NCBI GenBank assembly: GCA_016192455.1
Contig: JACPUC010000008.1
Location: 1 to 64,000 of the forward strand
Direction: 5' to 3'
From: Candidatus Tectimicrobiota bacterium
GTDB lineage: Bacteria > JACPUC01
DNA length: 64,000 nt
Under the pieces are notes generated by a model. That model did not search any database, was not told where the DNA came from, and saw only the letters and a list, made by a program, of their open reading frames with translations. Position numbers and translations under genes: made by a program. Numbering within the stretch: the stretch's first letter is position 1; every line of letters starts with the position of its first letter. This document shows, one piece after another, positions 1-9,400 of this stretch.

Positions 1-85
1 GACGATCAGCGTGGCCCACCGCCTGGGCCAAATGGTCCAGGTACTCCTGAAAGCGCTGCGGGGAACCTCCGGGCATCCTCCTCAT
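1..85 (-). CDS. IS701-family transposase, N-terminal fragment (partial, not in ORF track)
   Basis: Manual translation MRRMPGGSPQRFQEYLDHLAQAVGHADR. RF.EYL..L...GHADR matches the usual IS701 transposase N-terminus. Confidence 0.75.
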   Translation of the reverse strand, partial: MRRMPGGSPQRFQEYLDHLAQAVGHADR

Positions 86-91
86 ACCCCA

Positions 92-120
92 AAGGTACCA
101 CACCCGCAAAGCCAAGGCAA
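92..120 (-). promoter_or_regulatory. sigma70-type promoter inside the IS end
   Basis: TTGCCT-N17-TACCTT with a TG extension; the -10 ends 6 nt before the ATG at 85. Confidence 0.6.
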
Positions 121-141
121 TAGATTTATGACACAGTAGTA

Positions 142-936
142 CTAGACGAGGTCCGGAAAACGCGGCGCAAAGCGGCGGAAGAACCGCGAGCCGAGTACGA
201 ACACGACAAGCGAGACCACCGTCAGGATCAGCATCGAGCTGAACGCCGGCAGCCGCTGGTTCAGGAAGAGGTCACGGTACGCCTGCACGAGATGGGCGAT
301 GGGGTTGACGGTTAGGAAGAAGCGAAATTCCTCGGGGACGATGGAGGCGGGGTAGAAGATCGGCGTGAGGTACATCCAGAGCATGAACAGCGCGCTCATG
401 ATCTGCAGGGTGTCGCGGAAGAAGACGTTGAGCGCCGCCAGAAACCAGCTCAGCCCCAGGGTGAAGAGGAACTGCAGGAGGACGAGGACGGGAAGGAAGA
501 GGATGACGGGGCTCAGTGAGCGCACGAGGTAGAGGGTCGCCAGGGAGAGGATCGCCAAGCCAACGAGCTGGGCCGTGAAGCTGGAAATCCACAGGTAGAC
601 CGGCACGATCTGCGGCGGGAAGCTCACCCGCTTGATGAGGCTGGCGTTCTCCACCATGGAGTTCGTAGAGCGCAGCGTCGTCTCCTGGAAGGTCATCCAG
701 GGGAGCATGCCGCAGAAGAGGTAGAGCGCGAAGTGGCGGGTGCTGGGATCGCTGCCGAACTTGATCTTCAGGACAGCGGAGAAGACGTAAGTGAAGACGA
801 CGAGCATGATGAGCGGGTTAAGGACCGACCAGAAGAGGCCCATGGCCGAGCCGACGTAGCGCAGGCGCAGGTCGCGCCGCACGAAGTTGATCAGCACGTG
901 CCGCAGCGTATACCATTGACGAAGTTCGGCGAACAT
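142..936 (-). CDS. wzm: ABC-2 type polysaccharide export permease (Wzm/RfbA-like)
   Basis: RDLRLRYVGSAMGLFWSVLNP, YLTPIFYP and NPIAHLVQAYRD motifs, ~6 TM segments. Start reassigned to ATG 936 (AAGGAG RBS). Confidence 0.9.
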   Translation of the reverse strand: MFAELRQWYTLRHVLINFVRRDLRLRYVGSAMGLFWSVLNPLIMLVVFTYVFSAVLKIKFGSDPSTRHFALYLFCGMLPWMTFQETTLRSTNSMVENASLIKRVSFPPQIVPVYLWISSFTAQLVGLAILSLATLYLVRSLSPVILFLPVLVLLQFLFTLGLSWFLAALNVFFRDTLQIMSALFMLWMYLTPIFYPASIVPEEFRFFLTVNPIAHLVQAYRDLFLNQRLPAFSSMLILTVVSLVVFVLGSRFFRRFAPRFPDLV

Positions 937-1072
937 CGGCGAGCTCTCCTTCTTGGAGCTCAGCAGGAACGGAAAAGCTTTTGGAAGCAACGCCGCGGCA
1001 CGTTTGAGGCCGAGCTGAGGCCGCCCAGGCACCACGTACAGGTCATCCACTGAGTCGCAGATAGGGATCCCC

Positions 1073-4000
1073 TTGGCGCATGCTGACCTGCAGACCCGCG
1101 AGCGCGCCACATCCCACTGCTGCGTCCGTCGCGGCACAGGACTCGGCGCCGGCACCCCCTCGCCCGTAAGACCTTCATGCCCTCCCTGCCGTCAACCCAT
1201 CCTCCGGTGCATCTTCGGCATCCTGGCCGTGGCGCTCGTCATCGGCCTGACCTCGCCCGCGCCGGCGTTCCTCCGCATCACGGTGCGCGACCCGATGACC
1301 GACCGCATCCTGCCGGTGGCCTGGCGCGCCTCGGACTTCCCGATTGCCTACAGCGTGCAGCGCGAAGCTCCGCCGCGCCTCGCCGCCGCCGGCTCCTCGA
1401 GCCCGGCCCACTTGGCGGCCGTTCAGGAGGCGTTCCGCACCTGGGCCAACGCCGGCGGCGGCAGCGTGCGCTTTGCCTTCGACGGCCTGACCAGCCTGGC
1501 AACCCCCGGCATGGATGGCAGGAATACCGTTCTCTTTTCCTCCGATGCCCGAGACTTCAGCGGCCCCACCACGCTGGCGACGACGCTCTTCTTCGTCGAG
1601 TTCCCCAGCCTTGACGAGCAGGAAGCGCGGCTGCGCGAGGCCGACATCCTGATCAACGCCAATGAGCCCTTCACCCTCACCTCGCCGACCCCAGCCTTCC
1701 TCCGTGATCTCCAGGCCGTGGTGACGCACGAGGTTGGCCACCTCCTCGGGTTCGATCACAGCCCTGTCGATGGGTCCCCGGACAGCGAACAGCGCGCCAC
1801 GATGTTCCCCTTCAACCGCTCCGGACAAGCAGAAGAGCGCACCCTGGCGGCGGACGACTTGGCGGGGTTGGCGGCGGTCTACCCCCCCAGCGGCGCGGCG
1901 CGGTCCGGAAGCATCGCCGGCAGGGTGACGAACCTCCTGGGGCGCGGCCTCTTCGGCGCCCTGGTGCTGGCGTGGCCGCTGGACGCCCCTGACGAGGGAG
2001 CCGTCGGCACGCTCTCCGGGCTGAGCCTCGAGCAGCCGCCCGGCAGCGGCGCGTATCGCCTCGACGGACTGGCTACCGGGCGCTACCGGATCGAGGTGCG
2101 CGAGGTGCCGCGAGGCATCACCGCGGCGGTCTTCCTGGGCGAGCAGTTCGACATGCAGCTCGCCCGCGTTCCCGCACCGCAGTTCTTCGCCGGGGCGCCC
2201 GAGGCGAACTCGGCGCTCTCGCTCGAGGTGAGCGGCGGCGACATGCTGCGCGGCATCGACGTGACGCTGGGAAGCAGATCGGCTGTCGCGGCGCCCCAGG
2301 TGCAGATCGAGCCAGGCGGCTTCCTCCTCGCCTCGCCGGCAACGGCGGAGCTTGCCATCACCACGCCGCTCGGCAATGAAGTGTCCGACCTCGGCTCCTT
2401 TCGTTTGCTCCTCGACGACCAGACGCTGGCGGAAGGCGTGCAGAGCCTCCTCCAGGACGGCGCCGGGCTGGAGATCGAGCGGCGCTCGGCGAGTTTTCTG
2501 CGCGCCTTCGTCGCCCTCCCCTCCCTCGACCCCGGCCGTCATGACCTAGTCGTCGAGATCAGCGACCGTCGCGGCACCCGGCGCAGCGCCCGCGCCACCT
2601 TCCTCGTCGCCGAGGCCCCACCCTCGCAGCTCGGCGTCGAGACGCGCTACCTCGCCCAAGGAGAGGCGCGCCTTGAGCTGCGCCTGCCGCCGGCCTACCT
2701 CGTTGCAGGGACGCTCAGCGATCGGGAAGATATGCCCCTCCCCGGAGCCACCCTGCGCTTCACGCCGGTGGACGCAGCGCCTGCTGGGCAAGGAGAAACC
2801 TCTCCCCCTGTGGCGAAGACTAACGGTGACGGCGCGTTCGCCCTCCTCCTGCCGCCGGCTCTCTACAACCTCGAACTGGCGGAACCCCACGCGGCTGGCC
2901 GCCTGGAGACCCCACGCCAGCCCCTCGCGGTGGCCGGGCCTACGTCCCTGCACCTGCGGCTCAGCGGCAGCCTGCCACCCGCGCCGCCGCCCGCGCCGGT
3001 TCCCGACACGATCTTGGTAGCCGGGACGGTGCGGGACGTGATCGGCGACGAACTGCCGCAGGCGCTGGTACGGCTCACGCCCAGCAGCGGAGCGGGCGGC
3101 ACTGCCCACGGCGCCACCAACTCGCTCGGGCGCTTCCAGATTGTCGTGCCGCCGGGCCGCTACGATGTAGCCGCCTTCCCTCCTCTGACTCGTCCCCCGG
3201 CAACGCATCCCATGGAGCACCGCCTCTTCGACCAGCGCTTTCAGGAGAACACCGAGCTGCGCATCACACTCCCGAACGGCTTCACCATGAGCGGGCAGGT
3301 GGTCGATTCTCGAGGTCTGCCTCTCCCTTTCGCCAACCTTCGGCTGGCGGAACACTTCTCGGGCGAGGGGCTGCTGGCGCTGTCGGCGGACGAGGCGGGG
3401 CGCTTCTCCCTTCCCCTCCCCGCCGGCGTCTACGACCTCGACATCGAGCCGCTGCTGGACTCGGCCGCCGGCGGCCGCGCGGTCCCGCACCGGATTGAGC
3501 GCGTCATCCATGACGCCGACACGGAGCTGTCGATCACCCTTCCCGATGGCATCCTCCTCTCCGGCCGCATTGTCGATCGGCAGGGAGTTCGGGCGGCCTT
3601 CGCCCAGGTGACAATCCGCCGGCCGCCTGCCGGCAGCTCGGTCGGCTCGCTGCGGGCTGATCGCAACGGCGCGTTCAGCGTGGCGCTGGCGCCAGGAAGC
3701 TACTTCTTCCAGATCGACCCAGCGTCCTCATCCGGTGCATCAGGGGGCGCCGTTCGCACGGTCGTGCCGACCGCGCGCTACACGGAGGATACGCCTCTTG
3801 CGGTGACCCTTCAGGATGGCGTGCTGATCCGCGGCGTGGTGCGGGACATCAGCGCGTTACCCCTGCCCGGCGCGCGCCTCGTCTTCAGCGGCATCATCGA
3901 CGAGACGCCGCTCATCGCCAGCACCACGGCGATCCGCGACGGCAGCTTCCGCCTGCTGGTGCCGCGCGGCGCCTACCTTCTCTCGGTGCTGCCGCCCTGA
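1073..4000 (+). CDS. Secreted matrixin-like (M10/metzincin) metalloprotease with multiple carboxypeptidase-regulatory-like Ig repeats
   Basis: Signal-like segment ending APA-F, HEVGHLLGFDH zinc motif, Met-turn ATMFP, repeated G.V.D..G.PLP.A...G.F...LP.G.Y modules. Start codon uncertain. Confidence 0.8.
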   Translation: MAHADLQTRERATSHCCVRRGTGLGAGTPSPVRPSCPPCRQPILRCIFGILAVALVIGLTSPAPAFLRITVRDPMTDRILPVAWRASDFPIAYSVQREAPPRLAAAGSSSPAHLAAVQEAFRTWANAGGGSVRFAFDGLTSLATPGMDGRNTVLFSSDARDFSGPTTLATTLFFVEFPSLDEQEARLREADILINANEPFTLTSPTPAFLRDLQAVVTHEVGHLLGFDHSPVDGSPDSEQRATMFPFNRSGQAEERTLAADDLAGLAAVYPPSGAARSGSIAGRVTNLLGRGLFGALVLAWPLDAPDEGAVGTLSGLSLEQPPGSGAYRLDGLATGRYRIEVREVPRGITAAVFLGEQFDMQLARVPAPQFFAGAPEANSALSLEVSGGDMLRGIDVTLGSRSAVAAPQVQIEPGGFLLASPATAELAITTPLGNEVSDLGSFRLLLDDQTLAEGVQSLLQDGAGLEIERRSASFLRAFVALPSLDPGRHDLVVEISDRRGTRRSARATFLVAEAPPSQLGVETRYLAQGEARLELRLPPAYLVAGTLSDREDMPLPGATLRFTPVDAAPAGQGETSPPVAKTNGDGAFALLLPPALYNLELAEPHAAGRLETPRQPLAVAGPTSLHLRLSGSLPPAPPPAPVPDTILVAGTVRDVIGDELPQALVRLTPSSGAGGTAHGATNSLGRFQIVVPPGRYDVAAFPPLTRPPATHPMEHRLFDQRFQENTELRITLPNGFTMSGQVVDSRGLPLPFANLRLAEHFSGEGLLALSADEAGRFSLPLPAGVYDLDIEPLLDSAAGGRAVPHRIERVIHDADTELSITLPDGILLSGRIVDRQGVRAAFAQVTIRRPPAGSSVGSLRADRNGAFSVALAPGSYFFQIDPASSSGASGGAVRTVVPTARYTEDTPLAVTLQDGVLIRGVVRDISALPLPGARLVFSGIIDETPLIASTTAIRDGSFRLLVPRGAYLLSVLPP

Positions 4001-4027
4001 GCCGTGCGCGCGAACCATGTGCATGCG

Positions 4028-4792
4028 TCACTCCGTGGAAGTGCCCTGGAGGCGCTGCCGTCGGTGGCGAGCCAGCTTGCTTTCCGCCCGCAGCCGAAAC
4101 TCCACCACCTTCACCGCAGTATCGAGGAGCTTCCTCAGGGTGAGCTGCGAACTCCCCTGCCGCCGCTCCTCGAAGAGAATCGGCACCTCGCCGATGCGGA
4201 AGCCGAGCCGGGCGACGAGGTGCAGCACCTCCTCCACCACGGAGGGCCCAACCGAGGTGAGGCAATCCCACGGTATGGCGGCCAGCACCTCGTGGCGAAA
4301 GCACCTGTACCCGGAGGTGCAGTCCCGCACCGGCAGGCTCATGACGCCGCGCACATAGGCGTTGGCAAGTTTTGTGACCATCTGGCGGATGGGGGAGCGG
4401 CCGCGCTCTCCGCCGCCTTCAACCTGACGTGAGCCGATGGCGACGTCAAGCTCTCCGCGCCGCACCGGCGTCACCAGGGCCGGCAGGTGTCGGGGGTGGT
4501 GCGAGAAGTCGGCATCCATCTCCACCACGTAGGGAAAGGCCCGCTCGACGGACCAGCGGAAGCCGGCGATTCCCGCCCGACCTCTGCCGCGATCACTCGT
4601 GCGCAGCAGCAGCCGCACTGCTTCCCCCTGGCAGTGGCGGCGCACCACGTCCGCCGTTCCATCAGGTGAATCATCATCGACGACCAGAACCTGAACACCG
4701 GGGAGGAAGCCCTGAATGGCCTCGATGAGGGGCCGAATATTGGTTGCCTCATTGTAGGTTGGCAGGATGACGAGCGTATCCGCGTATAACAC
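4028..4792 (-). CDS. Polyprenol-monophosphomannose synthase-like GT2 (DPM1/Ppm1 family)
   Basis: ILPTYNEATNI, VVDDDSPDGT, EMDADFSH, IGSR, DCTSGYRCF and EVPILFEERRQGSS motifs. Confidence 0.85.
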   Translation of the reverse strand: MLYADTLVILPTYNEATNIRPLIEAIQGFLPGVQVLVVDDDSPDGTADVVRRHCQGEAVRLLLRTSDRGRGRAGIAGFRWSVERAFPYVVEMDADFSHHPRHLPALVTPVRRGELDVAIGSRQVEGGGERGRSPIRQMVTKLANAYVRGVMSLPVRDCTSGYRCFRHEVLAAIPWDCLTSVGPSVVEEVLHLVARLGFRIGEVPILFEERRQGSSQLTLRKLLDTAVKVVEFRLRAESKLARHRRQRLQGTSTE

Positions 4793-4889
4793 TCGAGGCC
4801 TCGAGCAACGAAGGAGCGTCCCCGGTCAACCCCCGCGCCAGCGGAGCGCCGCGCCGTCTCGCGGCGCGAAAACGGGTCCCGCCGTGGGC

Positions 4890-6005
4890 TTACCTCGTCA
4901 CTTCCCGCAGGAGCTTCTCAACAATCTCTTCCAAGCTCAGGGTGTTCATGCAGGTGATGGTCTTGTCGCAGGTGCGCCGGTAGCAAGGGGAGCAGGCGAT
5001 GCCGGCGACGATTTTACTCCCCCTGCCATAGAGCTCGATTTCCTGCTCGCAGGTGGGGCCGAAGAGCACCACAACGCGCCGCTGCAAGGCCACGGCAAGG
5101 TGCATGCCGAGGGAATCGGAGGTAAGCACCGTATGACAGCGGCCCAGGAGCGCCGCGAACTCGAGCAGGCTGTTGCCGGTGCCGGCGTCAATGACAGGCG
5201 CCGACACCGCCCGCAGGATATCCCGGTTCTTGTCGCGCTCGAGCGCCCCTCCCAGGAGGAGGATGGCGCTCTTCATGCCGACCAGGCGCCGCGACAGGAT
5301 TTCGATCAACTCCACCAAGGCGGAGGCCGGGAGTGACTTGTTGGCAAAGAGCTCGCCGCCGCCGGTGTTGATGCCGATGCAGCGCGTTTCGGCCTCGAGG
5401 CCCCAGCTCAGCCACTTCTCCTCCGCCCATCGCGCGACCTCCTGCGGCAGCGTGAGCATGAGGGGCTCGCCTGCAAACGTGAGACCCAGGGCCTCGAACG
5501 TGAGCGCTTGGTAGGTGCGCTCATTGCGGCGAAACTTGATGTCATCGGACATGCCAAGGGAAAAGAGCTCGTCGCTTTCCGGGTGCAAGGGGGCGATGTT
5601 GCCGCTGGGATGAAGTCCGAAGCCCGACTTTCGCGCCGCCCGAATCTTTGCCGCCAAGGCCGTGGCGCGCACCTCCTTGTCGAGGCAGATCAACCAATCG
5701 AAGTGCTCGACTTCCAGCCGCAGCACGGTCTCGAGATTCCATCCAAGGAGTCGGTCGATGGCCGGATTGTGGCGCAGGAGATCAAGCGCCGCTTCATCCG
5801 TCACCCAGGTGATCTGCGCCGAGGCGTCGAGCTTGCGCAGCGCCGGCAACAGAGGCGTCGTCCGCAGCACGTCTCCCAACGCCGCCAGCTTGATGATGAG
5901 GATGCGCCTACCAAACGGCTCATAATGCGGGCACCCCCCGCACAGCCGATTGAAGCGGCACGGCTTCTCACCAACGAAGTAGCGGCAATCGAGGTGCAGC
6001 TCCAT
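4890..6005 (-). CDS. GT9 glycosyltransferase (heptosyltransferase-like)
   Basis: ILIIKLAALGDVLRTTPLL and TSDSLGMHLAVAL...VVLFGPT motifs; C-terminal CSPC..C..C. Confidence 0.85.
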   Translation of the reverse strand: MELHLDCRYFVGEKPCRFNRLCGGCPHYEPFGRRILIIKLAALGDVLRTTPLLPALRKLDASAQITWVTDEAALDLLRHNPAIDRLLGWNLETVLRLEVEHFDWLICLDKEVRATALAAKIRAARKSGFGLHPSGNIAPLHPESDELFSLGMSDDIKFRRNERTYQALTFEALGLTFAGEPLMLTLPQEVARWAEEKWLSWGLEAETRCIGINTGGGELFANKSLPASALVELIEILSRRLVGMKSAILLLGGALERDKNRDILRAVSAPVIDAGTGNSLLEFAALLGRCHTVLTSDSLGMHLAVALQRRVVVLFGPTCEQEIELYGRGSKIVAGIACSPCYRRTCDKTITCMNTLSLEEIVEKLLREVTR

Positions 6006-6041
6006 GCGGGCAGCGTATCTCTTCGGGCTGTTCTCAAAAAT

Positions 6042-6329
6042 GGGACTGGGAGATCAGCGCCAGGGCTGAAGAACCCCTCGGAAACGAAACCGACGCCTCC
6101 GTTCCGAAACCTTGAATCTCGTCCATGTCGTGATCGCTGCTGGAAACTTCCCCCGTTCAGCAGTTCGCCACGTCGCCCCCCCTGGCTTCAATGCACACTT
6201 TAAGAACGGAATGATCCCCTGTCGAGGCCCTTCTGGTCCTCGCCCCGCAGGTGGCTCTCCACCTTGCCGCCGAGCTGATCTTCGCCAGTGAGAGCTCGGT
6301 TCTGCTTTACAGCGACTGATCCCCCCTCC
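6042..6329 (-). ncRNA. Candidate structured non-coding RNA / 3' UTR element of unknown family
   Basis: 5' GGGGGAUCAGUCGC pairs with 3' GCGCUGAUCUCCC (the G.U pair favours the minus strand); several internal hairpins; a U-run follows. Confidence 0.45.
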
Positions 6330-6344
6330 GGTCAAGCTCTCTCC

Positions 6345-6398
6345 TCAACCTTCCATCCTCTCAATCCGCGTCACCTTCACCTCTCTTCCCTGCTTCAT
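6345..6398 (-). CDS. Possible 17-aa small ORF MKQGREVKVTRIERMEG
   Basis: AAGGAG 4 nt before ATG, immediately after the hairpin that ends the S-layer gene; no homology recognised. Confidence 0.2.
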   Translation of the reverse strand: MKQGREVKVTRIERMEG

Positions 6399-6411
6399 GG
6401 TTCTCCTTCGG

Positions 6412-6453
6412 AACGAAACGAGGCTGAACTGCAAGCAGTCCAGCCTCGTCCCC
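6412..6453 (-). terminator. Strong hairpin (terminator or 3' stabiliser) after the S-layer-like gene
   Basis: GGGGACGAGGCUGGACUGC-UU-GCAGUUCAGCCUCGUUUC; the 3' arm ends in an imperfect U tract (UUUCGUU). Confidence 0.65.
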
Positions 6454-6473
6454 GTTAGGCCATCTTCGCCCGA

Positions 6474-9400
6474 CTACTGGGTGCGGGCCTGCGCGGCCGC
6501 GCAGTCACTGAACCCGAAGTCCGCCGAGCCAATGCAATTAGCCCCGGCGATGGGGTTCGTTGAAGAGACGGAGACGTTGGACACCAGGGCGGCGCCCGAG
6601 ATGTTCTCAGCCGGGAAGAGGGCGGCGAAGGACCGACTGATACGTGAGTTGGCCGGGATGCTGATGGCCGTGCCGGTAACCCGGCGCACACTCGCCGCGC
6701 CGCCGCCGGTGCCGGGGGAGGTGATCCACAACGAGGGCGTCACTTCCTCCGCGGCATCGTTCGGGTTGACGATGATGTAACGGTCGTTCAGCCCAACCAC
6801 GTAGGGGAGAGTGAGACGGTTGCCGGTGGCCGCGGCGCCGGAACTGATCAGCACGCGGGCATCCGGCGGGAAGCTCGCGATCGTCGCGGCAACGCCGCCT
6901 GACGACGGTGAACTGACGATCTTCACCCAGCCGTCGCTGCCGGCGGTGCCCTCGCAGAGGTCACTCACCAAGCTCGCGACGGTCTCGCCGCCGGCCAGGC
7001 TGGCGGTGCTGCAAGTCACGGCCGACGCGCCGTCCGGGTAGGCCGTCATGGTCAGCGTCTGCGTGGCGTCCCCCACCGCGCTATCGATCAGGGCGAAGGC
7101 CACCCAGTTGCTGGTGGTCTGGTAATTCGCCACCACCACCGTGGTGGGCGGCGGAATGACGGTGAAGGTGCCGTCCGTCACGGTCGGCGTGGCGACGCCG
7201 GAGAAGGTGGCGAAGTCGCCGATGGCGAGGTCAAGGGCGCTGTCGCCCGTGCTCGCCGCCGCGGCGACGGTGAAGGTGATGGTGAGGATCGTCCCACCGG
7301 AAGCCACGTTGATGCCCTCGGCCGAGGACAAGGCGAAGCGCACCGTGCCCGCGCTGAGCTCCGGCGTGCCCTGCAAGCCCGTGGCCACGGTGACGGAGGT
7401 GGCGTTGAGGACGTTGGCGTCGTAGGTCAGCGAGCCGTCGATGGCCAGCAACTGTTCCAGCGCGCTCGCCGAGGTGATGGCCACGGCTACGCCGGTGGCG
7501 CCCGCGGTGCCTTGGCCATTCCCCGCCACGATGGTCGGCGCGGCAGCCTGATCCTTGGTCGCTTCGCTCGCCGCCGTGGTGGTGGCGCCGGTGCTGCAGA
7601 AGCTCGGCAGCGCCAAGCCGGCGTTGAGACGGAGCATGCAGGCGGCATCGATGGCGCCGGCGCGCCCGTTGCCGTCCAGGTCAATCGCGGCGATCTGCTC
7701 TGCCGTCAGCGTTTCGCCGCGGGCGATTGCTCGAAGAACGTCCAGGGCGTCGTCCGAGCCCACCGAGCCGTCACCATCCAAGTCGCCGGAACGGGCCGCG
7801 CCGGTCACGACGGCCGCGATAACCGTCACCGGGATTGCGGTCGACTGGTTGGTGGTGGTATTCCTCGCCGTCACCGTCGTGGTTCCAACCGCCACGCCGG
7901 TGATGACGCCAGCCGAGGTCACCGAAGCGGTAGCGGCATTCGCGGAGGTGAAGATCGCCGGGCCGCCCCGAACGACCGTGATGGTTTGCGTGGCGCCAAC
8001 CTGGACCGAGACGGTCGTGGGAGAGACCACCACTTGGCCGACGGCCGCAACGCTCGCCGTCCCTTCAACCCGCAGTGCCGTATACGGGAAGGTGGTATCG
8101 CTAAACGGCGTCCGATCCGTATAGCTGACAGTCAACGTGTCGCCAACGCCGGCTTTGATCGAGGTGTTGGCGATGGTGGTGGTGCTGCTCAGCGCCATCG
8201 GGCCGGTGAAGATGCCCGTGGAGAGGCCGGTTTCCCGCACGGTGGCCGTCGTGCCGACCACGTCCGTCGTGGTGCGGACCGAGACGGTGCGCGACTGCGC
8301 CACATCCGACTTCGTGTTCTCGTCGAGATCAGTCACGGTGATGACCACGGTGTCACCGATGCTGAAGGAGGTCGTCGTGGCCTGCTTCTTCGCGCCGGCG
8401 GAGGCCGCGGTGGTGGTGCTGCCGCCGAGGACGGAGAGCGCGATCGTCGCATCCGTGAAGCGCGCCGTGGCGTTCGCCGAGGCGGTGGCGAGGGTGCCGC
8501 TGGCGTTCTTGGTGTCGGAGTAGGTGGCGGTGACGCCATCGCCGTTCTGCACGATCAGGCGATCGTTGGTGTCATCGCTGGTGGTGCCAACCACGGTGGT
8601 GCTGCCGTCGGTATTGACAATGGTCTTGAAGATGCCGGTGAAGATGCCCGTGGTGCCGCCGGTCTCCGTCAAGTTCACGGTGATGCCGGTGGCGTTGTCG
8701 GTGGTGCTCTTCACGCCGACGTTCACGGTATCCGAGCCGGTGGTGACGTTAAGGTCGGCATCCGTCACCGTCACCAGCACACTATCATCGCCCTCGGTTC
8801 CGGAAACGCCTGGAATGATCGTCTGATCGATGCTGATCGTTCCGGTGTTCGTGGGGATGGTGGCGGAGGCGGTGGAGGCCACGGCGGCGCTCGGCGACAG
8901 GTCACGGTACTTGACGGTGATGGTGTCGCCGGGGCTGACGTGCAGGATCGCCGACGCCGCCGACGTCCCATCCGTGCTGACGATGGTGCTGCCGGTCCTG
9001 AACCTCAGGGCGCCGGTGAAGATGCCGGTGGTGCCCCCCGTCTCCACGACGCGGATGTTCGGGTCGCAACCGGCAGGGGTCGTGGTACAGTCGGTGCCGG
9101 CGTCGGTGATCGTACTACCCGACTGCGTCGTGTTCTCCACGTCGGAAGTGCTGAAGGCGTAGAGCCCATTGGTCAGGAACGAGTTGGCCGAGGTGGTGGT
9201 GTCGAGGTCGAGGTCGACCAGGGTCACCTCGGCGGTGCTGGTGACGGTGTACTGCGTGTTGTTGAGGGAGACCACCCCCTGGTTCGAAGCCGCCGAGACG
9301 GTCCTCGTGCGGGTCGCGACGGCCAGCGCCGACGCCGTCGTCGTGCTGCTGGTTAAGTTACAACTCGTGGTGGCGCAGACATCACCGAACTCAACCGTGA

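Larger units (their letters stand above)
1..141 (-). mobile_element. IS701-family insertion sequence, one end (runs off window)
   Basis: Minus strand reads CTAG|TACTACTGTGTCATAAATCTATTG. CTAG (142-145) is a typical IS701-type target and is followed by a promoter and a transposase-like N-terminus. Confidence 0.75.

Noticed and set aside
6042-6329. RNase P RNA, tmRNA, SRP or 6S RNA
   Set aside because: No GAGGAAAGUCC, no tRNA-like CCA end, no SRP loop, and multibranched rather than rod-like.
6054-6335. 93-aa ORF with TTG start
   Set aside because: Composition is not protein-like and it coincides with the folded element; kept only as an alternative.
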